Below, piece after piece: positions 1-9,319 of a stretch of DNA of 64,000 nt. The stretch covers positions 3,520,001 through 3,584,000 of the forward strand of contig CAVRAY010000001.1 of assembly GCA_963719225.1 (NCBI GenBank), written 5' to 3'. Source of the DNA: Thermoanaerobaculia bacterium. GTDB lineage: Bacteria > Acidobacteriota > Thermoanaerobaculia > UBA5066. Numbering within the stretch: the stretch's first letter is position 1; the number at the start of each line of letters is the position of its first letter. The notes under the pieces were generated by a model. It was not told the DNA's origin. It worked only from the letters and a program-made list of their open reading frames with translations, and made no database searches. A program made the translations under genes and the position numbers.

Positions 1-1181
1 ACATCACGACGGTCGTGCGCCTGAGAGCCCCCGGCATGGGCTACTTCCAGATGCCGCTCTCCGTGTGGGGCATCTGGCTCACGGCGATCCTGAACGCCCT
101 CTTCGTGCCGGTCCTCGCCGCGGGAGTCCTGCTCCTCTTCCTCGACCGCGTCTTCGGAAGCCACTTCTTCCTCGCCGGCGCGGCCATCACGAAGGGCGGC
201 GGCGACCCGGTGCTCTACCAGCACCTCTTCTGGATCTTCGGCCACCCCGAGGTCTACATCCTCATCCTGCCCGCGTGGGGCATCGTTTCCGATCTCCTGT
301 CGTTCTTCTCGCGCAAGCCCGCGTTCGGCTACAAGGCCACGGCGCTCTCGATGAGCGTCATCACGCTCCTCTCGATGGCCGTCTACGGGCACCACATGTT
401 CGTCGTCGGCATGAGCCCGCTCCTCTCGCAGGGGTTCATGACGCTCACGATGCTCATCTCGATCCCGTCGGCGGTGTTCTTCCTGAACTGGCTCGGGACG
501 ATGTGGCGCGGCTCGATCCGCTTCGCGACGCCGATGCTCTTCGCGCTCGGCGTCGTCTTCGTGTTCGGCCTCGGCGGCCTCACGGGCCTCCACCTCGGGG
601 CGATCTCGTCGGACGTCTACCTGCACGACTCGTACTTCGTGATCGGGCACTTCCATCTCACGATGGCGGCTTCCGTCCTGCTCGGCGCGTTCGCGGCGAT
701 CTACTTCTGGTTCCCGAAGATGTTCGGGAAGATGATGAACGACACGCTCGGCAAGTGGCACTTCTGGCTCACGATCATCCCGATCAACGTCATCTTCTGC
801 GGGATGCTCATCGTGGGTTACGGTGGCATGCAGCGCCGCCTCTACAACTACGAGGCGTACGAGTTCCTCAAGCACCTCCACCCGGTGAACGTGTGGATGA
901 CGCGGGCGGCGCTCCTCCTCGGCGTCTCCCAGTTCCTCTTCGTCGGGAACTTCCTCTCGGCCCTGATCTCCGGAAAGAAGGCGTCGGAGAACCCGTGGGA
1001 GGTCGGCACTCTCGAGTGGACGATTCCCTCGCCGCCCCCGCACCACAACTACGACGAGATCCCGATCGTTCTCCACGGCCCGCACGAGTTCAACAACCCG
1101 GCGGTGGCCGGCAAGGACTGGCTCGCGCAGGACGAGCCGATCGGCGACGAGCCCGTCGTCCTGGGTGCCGTCGGCAGCTGA
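1..1181 (+). CDS. ctaD: Cytochrome c oxidase subunit I, A-family (5'-truncated by window)
   Basis: FWIFGHPEVY, GHHMF, HDSYF and GHFH heme/CuB motifs; frame is open from the window edge. Confidence 0.95.
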   Translation, partial: ITTVVRLRAPGMGYFQMPLSVWGIWLTAILNALFVPVLAAGVLLLFLDRVFGSHFFLAGAAITKGGGDPVLYQHLFWIFGHPEVYILILPAWGIVSDLLSFFSRKPAFGYKATALSMSVITLLSMAVYGHHMFVVGMSPLLSQGFMTLTMLISIPSAVFFLNWLGTMWRGSIRFATPMLFALGVVFVFGLGGLTGLHLGAISSDVYLHDSYFVIGHFHLTMAASVLLGAFAAIYFWFPKMFGKMMNDTLGKWHFWLTIIPINVIFCGMLIVGYGGMQRRLYNYEAYEFLKHLHPVNVWMTRAALLLGVSQFLFVGNFLSALISGKKASENPWEVGTLEWTIPSPPPHHNYDEIPIVLHGPHEFNNPAVAGKDWLAQDEPIGDEPVVLGAVGS

Positions 1182-1774
1182 TGGCGACCGCCGTGGCCGT
1201 CACCCGCTTTCCGGTGCCCGAAGAGTCCCGGCGAACTTCGTTCGTCGGCATGGTGATGGCGCTCGCCTCGTGGACGATGCTCTTCGTCGCGCTCTTCTTC
1301 GCGTACGCGGTCCTGCGCTTGAGGGCGCCGGCCTGGCCGCCGGACGGCCTCCAGCCGCTCCCGAAGCTGCTGCCCACCCTGAACACTCTGGTGCTCCTGG
1401 CCTCGAGCTTCGTCCTCCACCGCGGGGTCCGCCCGGAAGCGGAAGACGAGCCCGGGACGCTGCGTCGCGCGCTCCTCGGAACGATCGCGCTCGGAAGCCT
1501 GTTCCTCGCGCTCCAGCTCGCCGTGTGGGTCCCTCTCTGGCGCTCCGGATTCCGGATCGACACCGGGACGTACGGGTCGATCTTCTATTCCCTCACGGTC
1601 TTCCACGCGGTCCACGTCCTGGCGGGCCTCGCGGCGCTGGCGATGCTCCTGCCCGGCGCGTTCGCGGGACGCCTCGTCTCCGGGCGGTCGAGCACGGTCC
1701 GCCTCTCGGCCATGTTCTGGCACTTCGTCGATGCCGTGTGGGTCGTCCTCTTCGTCGCGGTTTATCTCGTCTAG
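1181..1774 (+). CDS. Heme-copper oxidase subunit III-like protein (first copy)
   Basis: TGATG overlap with subunit I; NTLVLLASS, FYSLTVFHAVHV, FWHFVDAVW motifs. Confidence 0.9.
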   Translation: MATAVAVTRFPVPEESRRTSFVGMVMALASWTMLFVALFFAYAVLRLRAPAWPPDGLQPLPKLLPTLNTLVLLASSFVLHRGVRPEAEDEPGTLRRALLGTIALGSLFLALQLAVWVPLWRSGFRIDTGTYGSIFYSLTVFHAVHVLAGLAALAMLLPGAFAGRLVSGRSSTVRLSAMFWHFVDAVWVVLFVAVYLV

Positions 1775-1801
1775 AAGAAAGAAAGAGAAGAGAAGATTTC
1801 T

Positions 1802-2764
1802 ATGAAGGTTGGACGAATGAGGATCGACGGAGCCGCGGCGTCGAGGACGGTCGCGGCGTCGATTGCGGCGCTGCTGGTGGCCTCATTGGCCGGGAGCGTC
1901 ACCGCGTGCTCGGGACCGGGGAGGACCTTCAAGAAGTCGATGACCCTCGGCGGAAAGAAGGTCTCCGCGCGCCGCCTGAACGACGGCGAGCACCTTTTCA
2001 TGACGTACTGCTCCGCGTGCCACGGCGTGAACGGCGACGGAAAAGGGCCCGCGTCGATCGGCCTTCGCCCGCCCCCGCGCAACTTCCAGCAGGGACAGTT
2101 CAAGTTCGGCGCGGTGGCGAGCGGCCAGCTCCCGAACGACGAAGACTTCATGCGCATCATCCAGAAGGGGCTTCACGGCAGCGCGATGCTCCCGTGGAAC
2201 GACGTCCCCGAGCGCGAGCTCATGGACATCATCCAGTACATCAAGACGCTCTCGCCGAAGTGGGCCGACAAGACGCCCGGCGAGCCCATCGTTCCCGGCC
2301 CGGATCCCTGGGGGCCCGAACGCCGCGCCGAGGCCGTCACGCGGGGGATGAAGGTCTATCACGGGATGGCGCAGTGCCTCTCGTGCCATCCCGCGTACGA
2401 GACGAAAGAGACGATCAATGCCGCCAGCATGGAGCTCTCCAAGCGCGAGGCGACGCTCCGCCCGGACGCATATCACGCCGAGCTGAAGGACAGCGACTAC
2501 GGCTACAAGCTCATGCCGCCGGACTTCACGCGCGACCACATCCGTTCCGGCGAGACGCTCGAGGACATCTACCGCACGATCGCCTCCGGCATCGGCGGCA
2601 CGGCCATGCCCACGTGGAAGGGCGCGCTGCCGGACGACGATCTCTGGGCGATGGCGTACTACGTGAGATCCCTGATCGACATCAAGGGCACGCCCGAGGC
2701 CGACGCGCGGCGGGAAAAGCTCATTGCTGCGGTCGCGTCTCACGAAGACACGAGAACGAATTAG
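1802..2764 (+). CDS. Diheme cytochrome c, probable lipoprotein
   Basis: Two CxxCH motifs (CSACH, CLSCH), PPPRNF and AMP motifs, hydrophobic leader ending VTAC; exact start uncertain. Confidence 0.85.
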   Translation: MKVGRMRIDGAAASRTVAASIAALLVASLAGSVTACSGPGRTFKKSMTLGGKKVSARRLNDGEHLFMTYCSACHGVNGDGKGPASIGLRPPPRNFQQGQFKFGAVASGQLPNDEDFMRIIQKGLHGSAMLPWNDVPERELMDIIQYIKTLSPKWADKTPGEPIVPGPDPWGPERRAEAVTRGMKVYHGMAQCLSCHPAYETKETINAASMELSKREATLRPDAYHAELKDSDYGYKLMPPDFTRDHIRSGETLEDIYRTIASGIGGTAMPTWKGALPDDDLWAMAYYVRSLIDIKGTPEADARREKLIAAVASHEDTRTN

Positions 2765-2771
2765 GAAGAAG

Positions 2772-3398
2772 ATGAAATCTTTCTCTTCCTCTTCATCTTC
2801 TCTTCCGCAGCGCGTTGCGGCGCGTGTCACGGGGAGCAAGGTGTTCTGGGTCTTGTTCGTGGCGGCCGCGTTCGCGCTGCCGCTCGTGCGCTCGGTCCGC
2901 CGCGCGCTGCCGCCCGCGCCGCCCGTGCTGGGCTCGTTCCCGGCCTTCGCGCTCGTCGATCAGGCCGGCAATCCCGTCCGCCAGACCGACCTCGAGGGGC
3001 ACCTCATCGTCGCCGAATTCACGACGGCCCGAGCGCTCGCGGACGGCGGTTCGCCGCTCGCGAAGCTCCAGCGGCGCGTGCGCAACACGGGCGAAGTCGT
3101 TCACCTCGTCAGCTTCGTCGACACGGCGCGGTCTTCCCCGGACGACCCGACGCTCGCCGCCCTCGCGAAAGGCGCGGGTGCGGGCGCGTGGCGCTGGACC
3201 CTCGCGGGAGGCGACGTCAGGCCCCTCGAGACGGCCACGCTGAAGGCGCTTCGCGCTCCGGAGGGCGGCACGCTCGCGGGCCGCCTTCTCCTCCTGGACG
3301 CGCGCGGCCGCATGCGGCGCCTCGGCGCGCCCTCTCCCGACGAGATCGACCTCATGATGCGCGACACCGGACTCCTCGTGAACATGGAAGGACTGTGA
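2772..3398 (+). CDS. SCO/SenC-like protein lacking copper-binding Cys/His
   Basis: N-terminal TM segment, PAFALVDQAG..DLEG, LVSF and LLLLDARG SCO-like segments; no Cys in the protein; lies in the cox operon. Confidence 0.65.
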   Translation: MKSFSSSSSSLPQRVAARVTGSKVFWVLFVAAAFALPLVRSVRRALPPAPPVLGSFPAFALVDQAGNPVRQTDLEGHLIVAEFTTARALADGGSPLAKLQRRVRNTGEVVHLVSFVDTARSSPDDPTLAALAKGAGAGAWRWTLAGGDVRPLETATLKALRAPEGGTLAGRLLLLDARGRMRRLGAPSPDEIDLMMRDTGLLVNMEGL

Positions 3399-4013
3399 AT
3401 GAGCTCTCGCCCTGAGGCCTCGTACGCTCCCGCCCCGGCTCCGCTGACGACTCCCACGTTCGGCCCGGCGACGACGGGCAAGGTCGGGATGTGGATTTTC
3501 CTCGTCACGGACGCGATGACGTTCGGCGGGCTCCTGCTCGCCTACGGGATCATCCGCGCCGGCAATCCGCAGTGGCCCACCCCCACGAGCGTCCTCGGGA
3601 TCCCCTTCACGGCGGTCATGACGTTCGTCCTCATCGTGAGCAGCCTCACGATGGTGCTCGCGCTCGACGCGGCCCAGCACAAGAACGTGAAGGGAGCGGT
3701 CCGCTGGCTGCTCGCGACCGCGTCCGGCGGTGTCTTCTTCCTGTGCGGGCAGATCTACGAGTACCGGCACCTCATCCACGAGGGCTTCACGCTTCCGTCG
3801 GGCAACTTCCCGGCGACCTTCTACGTCATCACGAGCTTCCACGGCGGGCACGTCTTCACGGGCGTGTGCTATCTCCTGATCACGGCGTTCGGCGTCTCGC
3901 GCGGGAAGCATCTCGAGAACGGCGCGAACTTCGTCGAGATCACGGGCCTCTTCTGGCACTTCGTCGATCTCATCTGGATCCTCGTCTTCACCCTCGTCTA
4001 CCTCATTCCCTGA
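3399..4013 (+). CDS. ctaE: Heme-copper oxidase subunit III (second copy)
   Basis: GKVGMWIFLVTDAMTF, FHGGHV, GLFWHFVDLIWI. Confidence 0.92.
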   Translation: MSSRPEASYAPAPAPLTTPTFGPATTGKVGMWIFLVTDAMTFGGLLLAYGIIRAGNPQWPTPTSVLGIPFTAVMTFVLIVSSLTMVLALDAAQHKNVKGAVRWLLATASGGVFFLCGQIYEYRHLIHEGFTLPSGNFPATFYVITSFHGGHVFTGVCYLLITAFGVSRGKHLENGANFVEITGLFWHFVDLIWILVFTLVYLIP

Positions 4014-4024
4014 GAAGGCACGAA

Positions 4025-4381
4025 ATGAGCGAGCACGCATCCTCGGTTCCACACGCGGCGGACGCGGGCGTCCAGAAAGCCAAGGACCACCGGCGCGACT
4101 ATTTCCGCATCTTCTGGGTGCTCCTCGTCCTCACGATCGTCGAGGTCGCGGTCTCCTACATGAAGATCGACAAACGGGTCATGTCGGCCGTCATGATCGC
4201 GCTCGCGCTCTCGAAGGCCTCTTTCGTGGGCCTCTACTTCATGCACCTGAAGTACGAAAAGCGCTCGCTCTTGTGGCTCGCGTTTCTGCCCCTTCCGCTC
4301 GCGGGCTCCTATGCCGTGTTCCTCCTGCTCGATGCGTTCAATCTCCTACGCGGCGTGCCGGTGCCGTGGGTCCACCACTGA
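4025..4381 (+). CDS. Cytochrome c oxidase subunit IV family protein
   Basis: YFRIFWVLLVLTIVEV and KASFVGLYFMHLKYE signature. Confidence 0.88.
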   Translation: MSEHASSVPHAADAGVQKAKDHRRDYFRIFWVLLVLTIVEVAVSYMKIDKRVMSAVMIALALSKASFVGLYFMHLKYEKRSLLWLAFLPLPLAGSYAVFLLLDAFNLLRGVPVPWVHH

Positions 4382-4388
4382 GTCGCTC

Positions 4389-4667
4389 ATGAGGACGACC
4401 GTCCGCGCCGCTCTCCTCGCCGTCGCCGTGCTCCTCGCGCGCGGGGCGGCGGCGTGCCCCTCGTGCGCGGCCTCGGCATCGCCGAAGGATCCGAACATCT
4501 GGCCTCTCGTCGGCCTCTTCATGCTGGTGCCGTGGATCCTCGCGGCCGTCGTGACGATCCTCATCCGACGGGAGTCGACGTCGTTCTTCGGCAGTCGGAA
4601 GAACGCACGCGCCCCTCTCGCCGGCGTCCTCGGCTTCTCCCGCCCGCGCAAGCCCCGGCCTGCCTAG
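4389..4667 (+). CDS. Small membrane protein with CxxC, oxidase-operon associated
   Basis: Signal-like N-terminus, ACPSC, one TM helix; 7 bp after subunit IV. Confidence 0.6.
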   Translation: MRTTVRAALLAVAVLLARGAAACPSCAASASPKDPNIWPLVGLFMLVPWILAAVVTILIRRESTSFFGSRKNARAPLAGVLGFSRPRKPRPA

Positions 4668-4688
4668 TACTCCGTACTCGGACGACCC

Positions 4689-5600
4689 TCAGACGCCGGC
4701 TCCCCGGGGCCGGGCGACCCGGGCGAGAAAAAGCTCGCGGAACGCACCCGCGTCCACGTGCGTCGCCAGGGAAACGTCCGCACCGCCTCCGAGCGGGTCT
4801 ACGCACGTTCGACCGCGCGCGTCGAAGGCGATCCGGACCTTTTCCAAAGTGAAGAGCCCGGGCGACGTGACCGCGGCCGCCGCGATCACGTCCCACGGGT
4901 GAAATCCGCCCTTCGCTTCCCCGGACGCGCGGCCGCGCATCCTCCGGAGGAAGCTCGTGAAGCGAGCGAAGGTACGGAGCCGGCCGCGCCGGCGCGCGAC
5001 GGCGCTCGCCGGATCCGCGCAGACCGCGTCCGTGTCGCCGGGAGAGATCGATACCGAAAAACCGACGTCGAGCGGTACGAACGTCTTCGGGCAAGAGAGC
5101 GCGAGCACGAGGGCCGCCGCAGCCGGGTCCCTGCGCACGTTGAAGTCCGAAGACGCGTTTCGTGACCGCCCCCCCATGACGACGAGCCCGGCGAGGCGCG
5201 TGGTGAATTCCGGGTCTTCCGCGGCGGCCGCGACGTTCGTGAGCGGCCCGAGCGCGAGGAGGACGGCACCGGGATGCGCACGGACCCACGACGCAAGGGC
5301 GTCTCCCGCGCGGCGGGCTCCCGCGGCGTCACGGCGCGAGTCCGCTCCGCGCACGAGAGGGAGATCGGCGCGTCCGGCGCCGGCGAGCGTCCTTTTCGCC
5401 GAGAGATGCGTGAGCGCCCCGAACGAGTTTCCGAACACGGTCGTCACGCCGAGGAGCTCCGCTTCCGGCGAGCCGAGCAGGAACAGGAGGGCGAGGTCGT
5501 CGTCCACGTCGAGGCCGAACGTCGCGAGGCTCGGGTCTGCGTCCACGAGGAGCGGGACCTTCGGCACGGGAAGACGATGCCACGTTCGAGGCGTTACCAT
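4689..5600 (-). CDS. Inosine-uridine preferring nucleoside hydrolase family
   Basis: DAD...DVDD Asp motif, LGPLTNVA, DFN..RDP, HPWD; start uncertain. Confidence 0.88.
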   Translation of the reverse strand: MVTPRTWHRLPVPKVPLLVDADPSLATFGLDVDDDLALLFLLGSPEAELLGVTTVFGNSFGALTHLSAKRTLAGAGRADLPLVRGADSRRDAAGARRAGDALASWVRAHPGAVLLALGPLTNVAAAAEDPEFTTRLAGLVVMGGRSRNASSDFNVRRDPAAAALVLALSCPKTFVPLDVGFSVSISPGDTDAVCADPASAVARRRGRLRTFARFTSFLRRMRGRASGEAKGGFHPWDVIAAAAVTSPGLFTLEKVRIAFDARGRTCVDPLGGGADVSLATHVDAGAFRELFLARVARPRGAGV

Positions 5601-5605
5601 GCGGC

Positions 5606-7324
5606 GTGCAGCCCGTCGACGAACGCGGCCGGGCGGTCGAGAGGCTCCTCGCCGGACGCTACGAATTCCTCGGCTTTCTGGGACGAGGCGGGTTCGCGTC
5701 CGTGTACCAGGTCCGGAGCGCGAGCCTGCAGCGGTTCGAGGCGCTGAAGGTGCTCCTCGAGATGCACGTCGCGGACTCCGAGTTCGCGAAACGCTTCCAA
5801 CAGGAAGCCCGCGTCGCCGCCTCGCTCGAGCATCCGAGCATCGTGAAGATTTACGACTCCGGCCACGTCGAGGCGACGCTCTGGTACTCGATGCAGTTCG
5901 TCGAGGGGCCGACGCTCACCGGCGAGCTCGCGCGGCGCGGCTCCTTCGACGAGGAGACCGCCGCCCGGATCGTCATTCCGCTTCTCGACGCTCTCGACTA
6001 CAGCCACGCGCGGGGGATCATCCACCGCGACATCAAGCCCGACAACGTTCTCCTCGACATGCGCGGCCGGCCCTTCCTGATGGATTTCGGAATCGCGAAG
6101 ACGGGCGACAACCTCGTGAAGACGCAGACGGGCTTCATCCTCGGCTCGCCGGCCTACCTATCGCCCGAGCAGCTCCGGGGCCAGCCGCTCGACGGGCGCA
6201 CGGACGTCTACTCGCTCGGCGTCACCCTTTACCAGATGCTCGCGGGAGTCATCCCCTATCGCACGGAGAACATGTCGGCTCTCGCGCGGCGGCTCACCGA
6301 GGACGCGCCTCCACTCTCCGGCCGGCGCGAAGGCATCCATCCGGAGCTGGAACGCATCGTCCACCGCTCTCTGACACGCGATCGCGAAGCGCGGTACGCA
6401 TCGGCTGCCGAGATGCGGGAGGACCTCGAGTCCTTTCTCGCGGACGTCCATCCGAAGACGACGCGCTCGCGCCCCCCCTCCACCGAGCGTCCCGCGATCG
6501 CCTCCCCGACGGCCCCGACCGTGGCGCCCGTTCCGGCGCCGCCTCTCGCGCGGCCCGCTCCGGAGGAGCCGCCCTGGCCTTCGGTCGAGCGGGTTCCCAC
6601 CCCGGGGACTCTCGCCCCGGGGACTCTCGCCCCGGCGGCCCGCGCTCCGTCGATTCAGGTTCCGTCGGCTCGGGCTCCTTCGGTTCAGGTTCCGTCCGTT
6701 CGGGGCCCGTCCGTTCAGACTCCGGTCACGCCGGCTGCTGCGCGGCGACCCGTGTGGCTCTGGCCGGCGGCCGCCGCCGTGCTCCTCGCGCTGGCGGCCG
6801 TCACGTACTTCCTGACGCGCGAGCGAGACCTCATGATCGTTCCCGAAGCGCGTCCGGCGGTCACACCGGCGGTTCCGCCGCCCGTTCCGACCGCGGCTCC
6901 CGCTCGCGTCGAGGTCCCGACGCCTCCGGCGCTCCTGACCGTTCCGACTCCGTTGCCCGCGGCGACCGCCGCGCCGACGAGAGCTCACGTGGCCCGCGAG
7001 GCCCCCACGCGCGCGCCCGCGCTCGTCCACACGGTCGCGCCGACCCCCATTCCCCGTCGCGCGGTCAAGAAGCCGGACGTGGAGGAAGAGGTCAAGATCG
7101 CGCTGTCCCCCGCCCAGGAGCGGGAGTGCGGCGGCCAGGTCGTCGGGGTCTCGGTCGTCATCGGCGAGGACGGCAGCCTGAAGAGCCGCCACGTCATCTC
7201 GCCCGTCTCCCCCGCGTGCGACGCGCTCGCGCTCGACGCCCTCACGAAGTACCGGTTCCGGCCGGCGCGGGACCAACGGGGCCAGCCCATCGAAGGCCGT
7301 TTCGGCCTCGCGATCCATTTTTGA
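5606..7324 (+). CDS. Hanks-type Ser/Thr protein kinase with Pro-rich linker, TM helix and TonB-C-like C-terminal domain
   Basis: GRGGFASV, ALK, HRDIKPDN, DFG, SPEQ; C-terminal VVIGEDG...YRFRPA..GQP. Confidence 0.92.
   Translation: MQPVDERGRAVERLLAGRYEFLGFLGRGGFASVYQVRSASLQRFEALKVLLEMHVADSEFAKRFQQEARVAASLEHPSIVKIYDSGHVEATLWYSMQFVEGPTLTGELARRGSFDEETAARIVIPLLDALDYSHARGIIHRDIKPDNVLLDMRGRPFLMDFGIAKTGDNLVKTQTGFILGSPAYLSPEQLRGQPLDGRTDVYSLGVTLYQMLAGVIPYRTENMSALARRLTEDAPPLSGRREGIHPELERIVHRSLTRDREARYASAAEMREDLESFLADVHPKTTRSRPPSTERPAIASPTAPTVAPVPAPPLARPAPEEPPWPSVERVPTPGTLAPGTLAPAARAPSIQVPSARAPSVQVPSVRGPSVQTPVTPAAARRPVWLWPAAAAVLLALAAVTYFLTRERDLMIVPEARPAVTPAVPPPVPTAAPARVEVPTPPALLTVPTPLPAATAAPTRAHVAREAPTRAPALVHTVAPTPIPRRAVKKPDVEEEVKIALSPAQERECGGQVVGVSVVIGEDGSLKSRHVISPVSPACDALALDALTKYRFRPARDQRGQPIEGRFGLAIHF
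6600..6722 (+). repeat. Short coding tandem repeats in kinase linker (PGTLA x2; SxQVPSxRxP x2-3)
   Basis: ccggggactctcgcc repeated; ttcaggttccgtc repeated at 30-nt spacing. Confidence 0.7.
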
Positions 7325-7379
7325 CGGCGCCCCTTTTCTTTGGATAGATTCCGCCCTCGTCGGACGAGGGAGGTTGCCC

Positions 7380-8057
7380 ATGAAGAAGCCCATCCGCCTA
7401 GGTATCACGATCGCCTTCGCCGCGGTGCTGGCGGGATGCACGCGCGGCGTCGAGATGAAGATGGCGGTCGACGTCCTTTCCGAGCCCGAGAAGGCGACGG
7501 TCACTTACAAGGGGAAGGTCATCGGGGAGACCCCGAAATCCCTCAACGTGAAAACGTTCGAGGAGATCTCGTCCATCTCCGCGGCGAGCGGCGACCTCGA
7601 GGTCGTCGAGAAGCGCATCCGCATCGTCTCGCCCGATCAGGCCCAGGTCATCTTCCGCATGGGCAAGGGAGGCATCTCGCCCGTCGCGAAAAAGCTCGGG
7701 CTGACGAAGGTCCTGGTCTTCGAATACGCCGAGAAGGTCTGCTTCGATTCGGGCAAGTCCGACCTCAAGCCCGACGCCCTGCCCGTGCTCCAGAAGCAGG
7801 CCGAGATCCTGAATCAGTACTTTCCCAAGGCGGCCGTCTACGTCTGCGGCTACACGGACTCGACCGGCAGCGATGCTCTCAACGACAAGCTCTCGCTCCA
7901 ACGCGCCGAGGCCGTGCGCAGCTTCCTCGTGAACCACAACGTCGAAGCCGGGCGCATCAAGACTCAGGGCTTCGGCAAGCAGTTCGAGGTCGCGTCGAAC
8001 GCGACGGCCGAGGGGCGCTCGCTGAACCGCCGGACGGAGGTCATCCTTCCGGAATGA
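7380..8057 (+). CDS. OmpA-family peptidoglycan-binding lipoprotein (copy 1)
   Basis: GGGAGG RBS; LAGC lipobox; [14 protein letters not shown] and NRRTEV OmpA motifs. Confidence 0.92.
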   Translation: MKKPIRLGITIAFAAVLAGCTRGVEMKMAVDVLSEPEKATVTYKGKVIGETPKSLNVKTFEEISSISAASGDLEVVEKRIRIVSPDQAQVIFRMGKGGISPVAKKLGLTKVLVFEYAEKVCFDSGKSDLKPDALPVLQKQAEILNQYFPKAAVYVCGYTDSTGSDALNDKLSLQRAEAVRSFLVNHNVEAGRIKTQGFGKQFEVASNATAEGRSLNRRTEVILPE

Positions 8058-8776
8058 GCGTGATCGGAGCGGCTGATCGCCTCGCGCTCCCGATCGCCTT
8101 CGCCGCGCTCCTCGCGGGCTGCGCGCACACCGTCGAGCCCAAGGTCGAACCGAAGGTCGAACCGAAGGTCGAAATGAAGATGGCGGTCGACGTCCTTTCC
8201 GAGCCCGGGAAAGCGATCGTCTCGTACAAGGGAGAAGTCATCGGGGAGACGCCACAATCCCTCAAAGTGAGTACCTTCGAGGATGTCTCGTCGATCACTG
8301 CGTCGAGCGCCGATCTCGACGTCGTCGAAAAGCGCATCCGCACCTTCTCGCCCGATCAGGCCCAGGTCATCTTCCGGCTGGGCAAGGGGGGCCTCTCGCC
8401 CATCGCGAAGCAGCTCGGCCTGACCCGCATTCTCGTCTTCGAATACGCCGAGAAGGTCTGCTTCGACTCCGCCAAGTCCGACCTCAAGCCGGACGCGCTG
8501 CCCGTGCTCGCAAGGCAGGCCGAAATCCTGAATCAGTACTTTCCAAAGGCCCCCGTCTACGTCTGCGGGTACACGGACTCGACCGGCAGCGACGCCCTCA
8601 ACGACAAGCTCTCGCTCCAGCGCGCCGAGGCCGTGCGCAGTTTCCTCGTGAGCCACGACGTGGACGCGGCGCGCATCAGGACCCAGGGCTTCGGCAAGCA
8701 GTTCGAGGTCGCGTCGAACGCGACGCCCGAAGGGCGCTCCCTGAACCGCCGGACGGAGGTCATCCTCCCGGAGTAG
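8054..8776 (+). CDS. OmpA-family lipoprotein (copy 2, tandem paralog)
   Basis: ATGA overlap with copy 1; LAGC lipobox, VEPK x3, near-identical OmpA domain. Confidence 0.92.
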   Translation: MSVIGAADRLALPIAFAALLAGCAHTVEPKVEPKVEPKVEMKMAVDVLSEPGKAIVSYKGEVIGETPQSLKVSTFEDVSSITASSADLDVVEKRIRTFSPDQAQVIFRLGKGGLSPIAKQLGLTRILVFEYAEKVCFDSAKSDLKPDALPVLARQAEILNQYFPKAPVYVCGYTDSTGSDALNDKLSLQRAEAVRSFLVSHDVDAARIRTQGFGKQFEVASNATPEGRSLNRRTEVILPE

Positions 8777-8891
8777 GCGTCATCGCCCAAGCTCCTCACG
8801 GGACGACCGGCACCGCACTTGCGTTCATGGGCTCCTCGTATATTTTGCGACTGATCCGGGAAGCCATTCAGGCATCCCGACAGGAGCGCAC

Positions 8892-9299
8892 ATGATCAAG
8901 GAATTCAAGGAATTCATCAGCAAGGGGAGCGTCCTGGATCTCGCAGTCGGGGTCTTGATCGGAGCCGCGTTCGGAAAGATCGTGGCGTCGTTCACGAACG
9001 ACATCCTCATGCCGCCCATCGGCCTGCTGATGGGAAGGGTCGATTTCTCCAACCTCTTCATCAATCTCACCGGAAAACCGGCCGAGAGTCTCGCGGCGGC
9101 AAAGGCGGCCGGCCTCCCGACGATAAATTACGGCATCTTTTTCAACACAATCATCGATTTTTTGATCGTGGGCTTCGTGATCTTCCTGATCGTCAAGCAG
9201 GCGAACCGCCTGCGCGGGAAAGCTCCCGCCCCGGCGCCGACGGAGCCCACGAAAGACCAGCAGCTCCTCACGGAGATCCGGGACCTACTCAAGAAATGA
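8892..9299 (+). CDS. mscL: Large-conductance mechanosensitive channel
   Basis: [28 protein letters not shown]; LLTEIRDLL. Confidence 0.97.
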   Translation: MIKEFKEFISKGSVLDLAVGVLIGAAFGKIVASFTNDILMPPIGLLMGRVDFSNLFINLTGKPAESLAAAKAAGLPTINYGIFFNTIIDFLIVGFVIFLIVKQANRLRGKAPAPAPTEPTKDQQLLTEIRDLLKK

Positions 9300-9319
9300 C
9301 CATGGGAGGCTCGTGGCCA

